A stretch of 64,000 nt of DNA from Octopus vulgaris. Its lineage: Eukaryota. Under the pieces are notes generated by a model, which was not told where the DNA came from, ran no database searches, and saw only the letters and a list, made by a program, of their open reading frames with translations. The translations under genes and the position numbers were made by a program. Location of the stretch: contig OX597815.1 in the NCBI GenBank assembly GCA_951406725.2, positions 152,396,001 through 152,460,000 of the forward strand. The letters run 5' to 3'. Of this stretch, positions 61,802 to 64,000 are shown piece after piece (positions within the stretch are counted from its first letter, which is position 1; every line of letters begins with the position of its first letter).

Positions 61802-64000
61802 TAGTCTAGATACATATACATACATATGGTTGTGGTGTTAAAGGATAAGGAGGAGGAGGAGGATATTCTGCAATAGAGATCTGTGCTGGGACATAATCAT
61901 ATTCTCTGTAATGAAAGTCACTTCTTTTCTAGTCAGGTTATATACAATTTGTATAGATATCTTTTATTGCAATGACAGACAGTGTTTTTTTGTATTACAT
62001 ATGAAACCTGTTACCATGGTAATGAATCAGATATTATTTATTAACTAATTTACATTTGTATGTCTGAAATTGAACCCTATTTTCTCATAGCATCATCTTG
62101 TACTCTCACCCAACATATTTAAACCTTATTACCTTCTGTGTAAGTAATTCTACTGTTTTTCGTGGGCACACAACCACTTCTCTACAAACTGGGATTATTG
62201 ACTTCTGTCGTCCAATAATGTCCAGATGTTATTGTCTCCTGAAACAAAATGTGAAAAGTTTCTGTATATTTATGATACTATTTAGATATATTATATAAAT
62301 CATTTCTGTGACCATTTGTAATTACTTGGTCTTAATTAACATCAGTGAAAATTTGTAGTGTAACTTTGGTGACATGAATGGAATTAGATATTCCTTTTGA
62401 TGTTGTTCTTATATTAACAATAACATTACAAGACAGTTTCTGTCAGTCTGACCCTGCTACACAGGTGTAAGTTCCAAGTCCTCAAGATTAGATACAGGCT
62501 GCAAGATGCAAAATAATAAATAGAAAATAATAAATCATAGTGTCATTATTATTCATCATCTACTTTCATGCTTCTAACGATTAGATGGGTCATCAATGTC
62601 CTAGTCAGTTCTTATTCAGAGTTAACATCCACTTTGACTGTTTGAGGTACAAATGCATCTCACTTAAATTCTTTGTAGTTTAGATGACAAGATACCCTTC
62701 TTAACACCAAACATTATATATAGGGTCTTGGTTATGTTTTATTGTAGCACAGGCACTAATAATATTGTCATCATCATCACCATTTAACATCCTTTGTCCA
62801 TGCTGGCCTGGGTTAGACAGTTTCACTAGAGCTGGCAATCTGAGACGCTGCACCAAACTCCAATGTCACCAATTAGATTGAAGGTTCCACTCAAAATTAT
62901 GCTGTCTCCTCTCATTCACCAATCACTTTCATGTATGTACTGTGGCCATTTTCTCTTAGTGATAGCACTGGTCAGGTTGTCTTGCATCTCATAATATTAT
63001 ACAATTCTCCTTGCTCTTTGATGTATTTTTACAATCATGAATACATGTTGAGAAAGTGAGCAGTTTACGAGATAACGGAAGAATAATGAGGATTCAGGAA
63101 CTGAAAGTTACCAGAAACTGAGGATAAGAACAATGACTTGAAAGAGATGTGGAGAATGATATGACTGAATGGTTGAAGCTAAGATAAATTTATTTGTGAG
63201 ATGGTTAATGATTTTCTAACATCTTGAGAATTCAATAATCAAAGACAGTGTTTCTTACTAGAACATCAATGGCGGCCCTCACTCAGACCTATGCTTGGAA
63301 GCGGAGATTAGTCGACGATGAAGAAGATGATAATTCTGAGAAATATAATAATTTTGAGCTTTTGGATCAAGATACTGAAGTTTATAACGGTGAGTATAAA
63401 ACTGAAGTACCAAGCTGATTTCTATAAGTTTTCCTTTGAGCACTAGTATTGGTCAGTTTTTCTTGTATCCAATAAAATTAGACAGGTCTTACTGCTCTTA
63501 TGATGTGTTTTATCATTCAAGGGGACACGTTGAGAAGTGATGACAGAAGAATAATGAGAAAGAAGGGAGTGAACGTTGTGAGAAAATGAGGATAAGAATG
63601 GTGATTTGAAAGAGAGGTGGAGAATGACAAGACTGAGTGACTGTCAGTTGTGTGCCAACAGAAATGATTAATGATGTATTAACATCTTTGGAAACTGACA
63701 ATTAAAGTCAAAAGTACTTATAAGAACATCATTTTCAGCTTTCTAATGTAGGAGATTCAATAACAAATCTAAAGTGAAAATGATTTTAACTAGTAAAAAT
63801 TGTTAAAGATAATTTCATTTGTTTACAAAATCGTCCTCCACAAGGTCTTCTTGATTTATCATCTTATGAAGATGTCAGATATTTACGGTAGTCTGATGTG
63901 TGATATGAGATATCATCACTTACAGGAGTATCTTCCCAGAATGTCTCAGGCTAGAATGAGTATGATAGTCTCTCTCTCTCTCTCTCCATATATATATATA

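Larger units (their letters stand above)
37765..64000. repeat. Complex modular segmental-duplication array (at least 26 kb, runs off the window)
   Basis: Several modules recur. aagattagatacaggctgcaagatgc occurs at ~38907, 41750, 44046, 47119, 50907, 58053 and 62485. cagtttttcttg..aattagaca occurs at ~39342, 44962, 47523, 53741, 56118, 59166 and 63454. aactgagaatgcatg occurs at ~40690, 45490, 49419, 52483, 52910, 54301, 56688 and 59743. Confidence 0.95.

Noticed and set aside
45021-63701. Recurrent short ORFs (MSVSKDVNTS..., MLKIISFVYK...) as a tandem gene family
   Set aside because: They recur only because the DNA is recently duplicated. Other copies have stops or frameshifts, most lack an ATG start, and no domain is recognisable. 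A faint VLLDLSS similarity to RT was too weak to call.

Overview
This is AT-rich, repeat-saturated animal genomic DNA. The SINE, RTE-tail and microsatellite content suggests an octopus or other coleoid cephalopod, but that is an inference. The only host gene is the 3' half of a + strand adhesion GPCR. Six exons were reconstructed by hand from splice sites and phases: GPS 3807-3944, TM1 5726-5823, TM2 10037-10161, TM3/4 13131-13272, TM4/ECL2 16279-16342 and TM5-7 37295-37652. The ORF track misses most of them. The TM2 exon carries a +1 frameshift and several conserved 7TM residues are degenerate, so this may be a decaying paralog or an assembly indel. The introns hold a deleted mariner, a hAT/Buster remnant, RTE, RLE-type and L1/Tx1-like LINE fragments, SINEs, non-autonomous Helitrons and a ~15 kb (GGAT)n satellite that contains a solo LTR. 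From ~37.8 kb to the end lies a shuffled, modular segmental-duplication array, whose paralogous copies give filled and empty sites for several insertions. The most unusual signal is a pair of minimal hammerhead-ribozyme folds (2467-2582) with a natural C3G/G8C swapped core inside a long inverted repeat. A second variant hammerhead lies at 51763-51798. Almost all long ORFs in the track are low-complexity artefacts.
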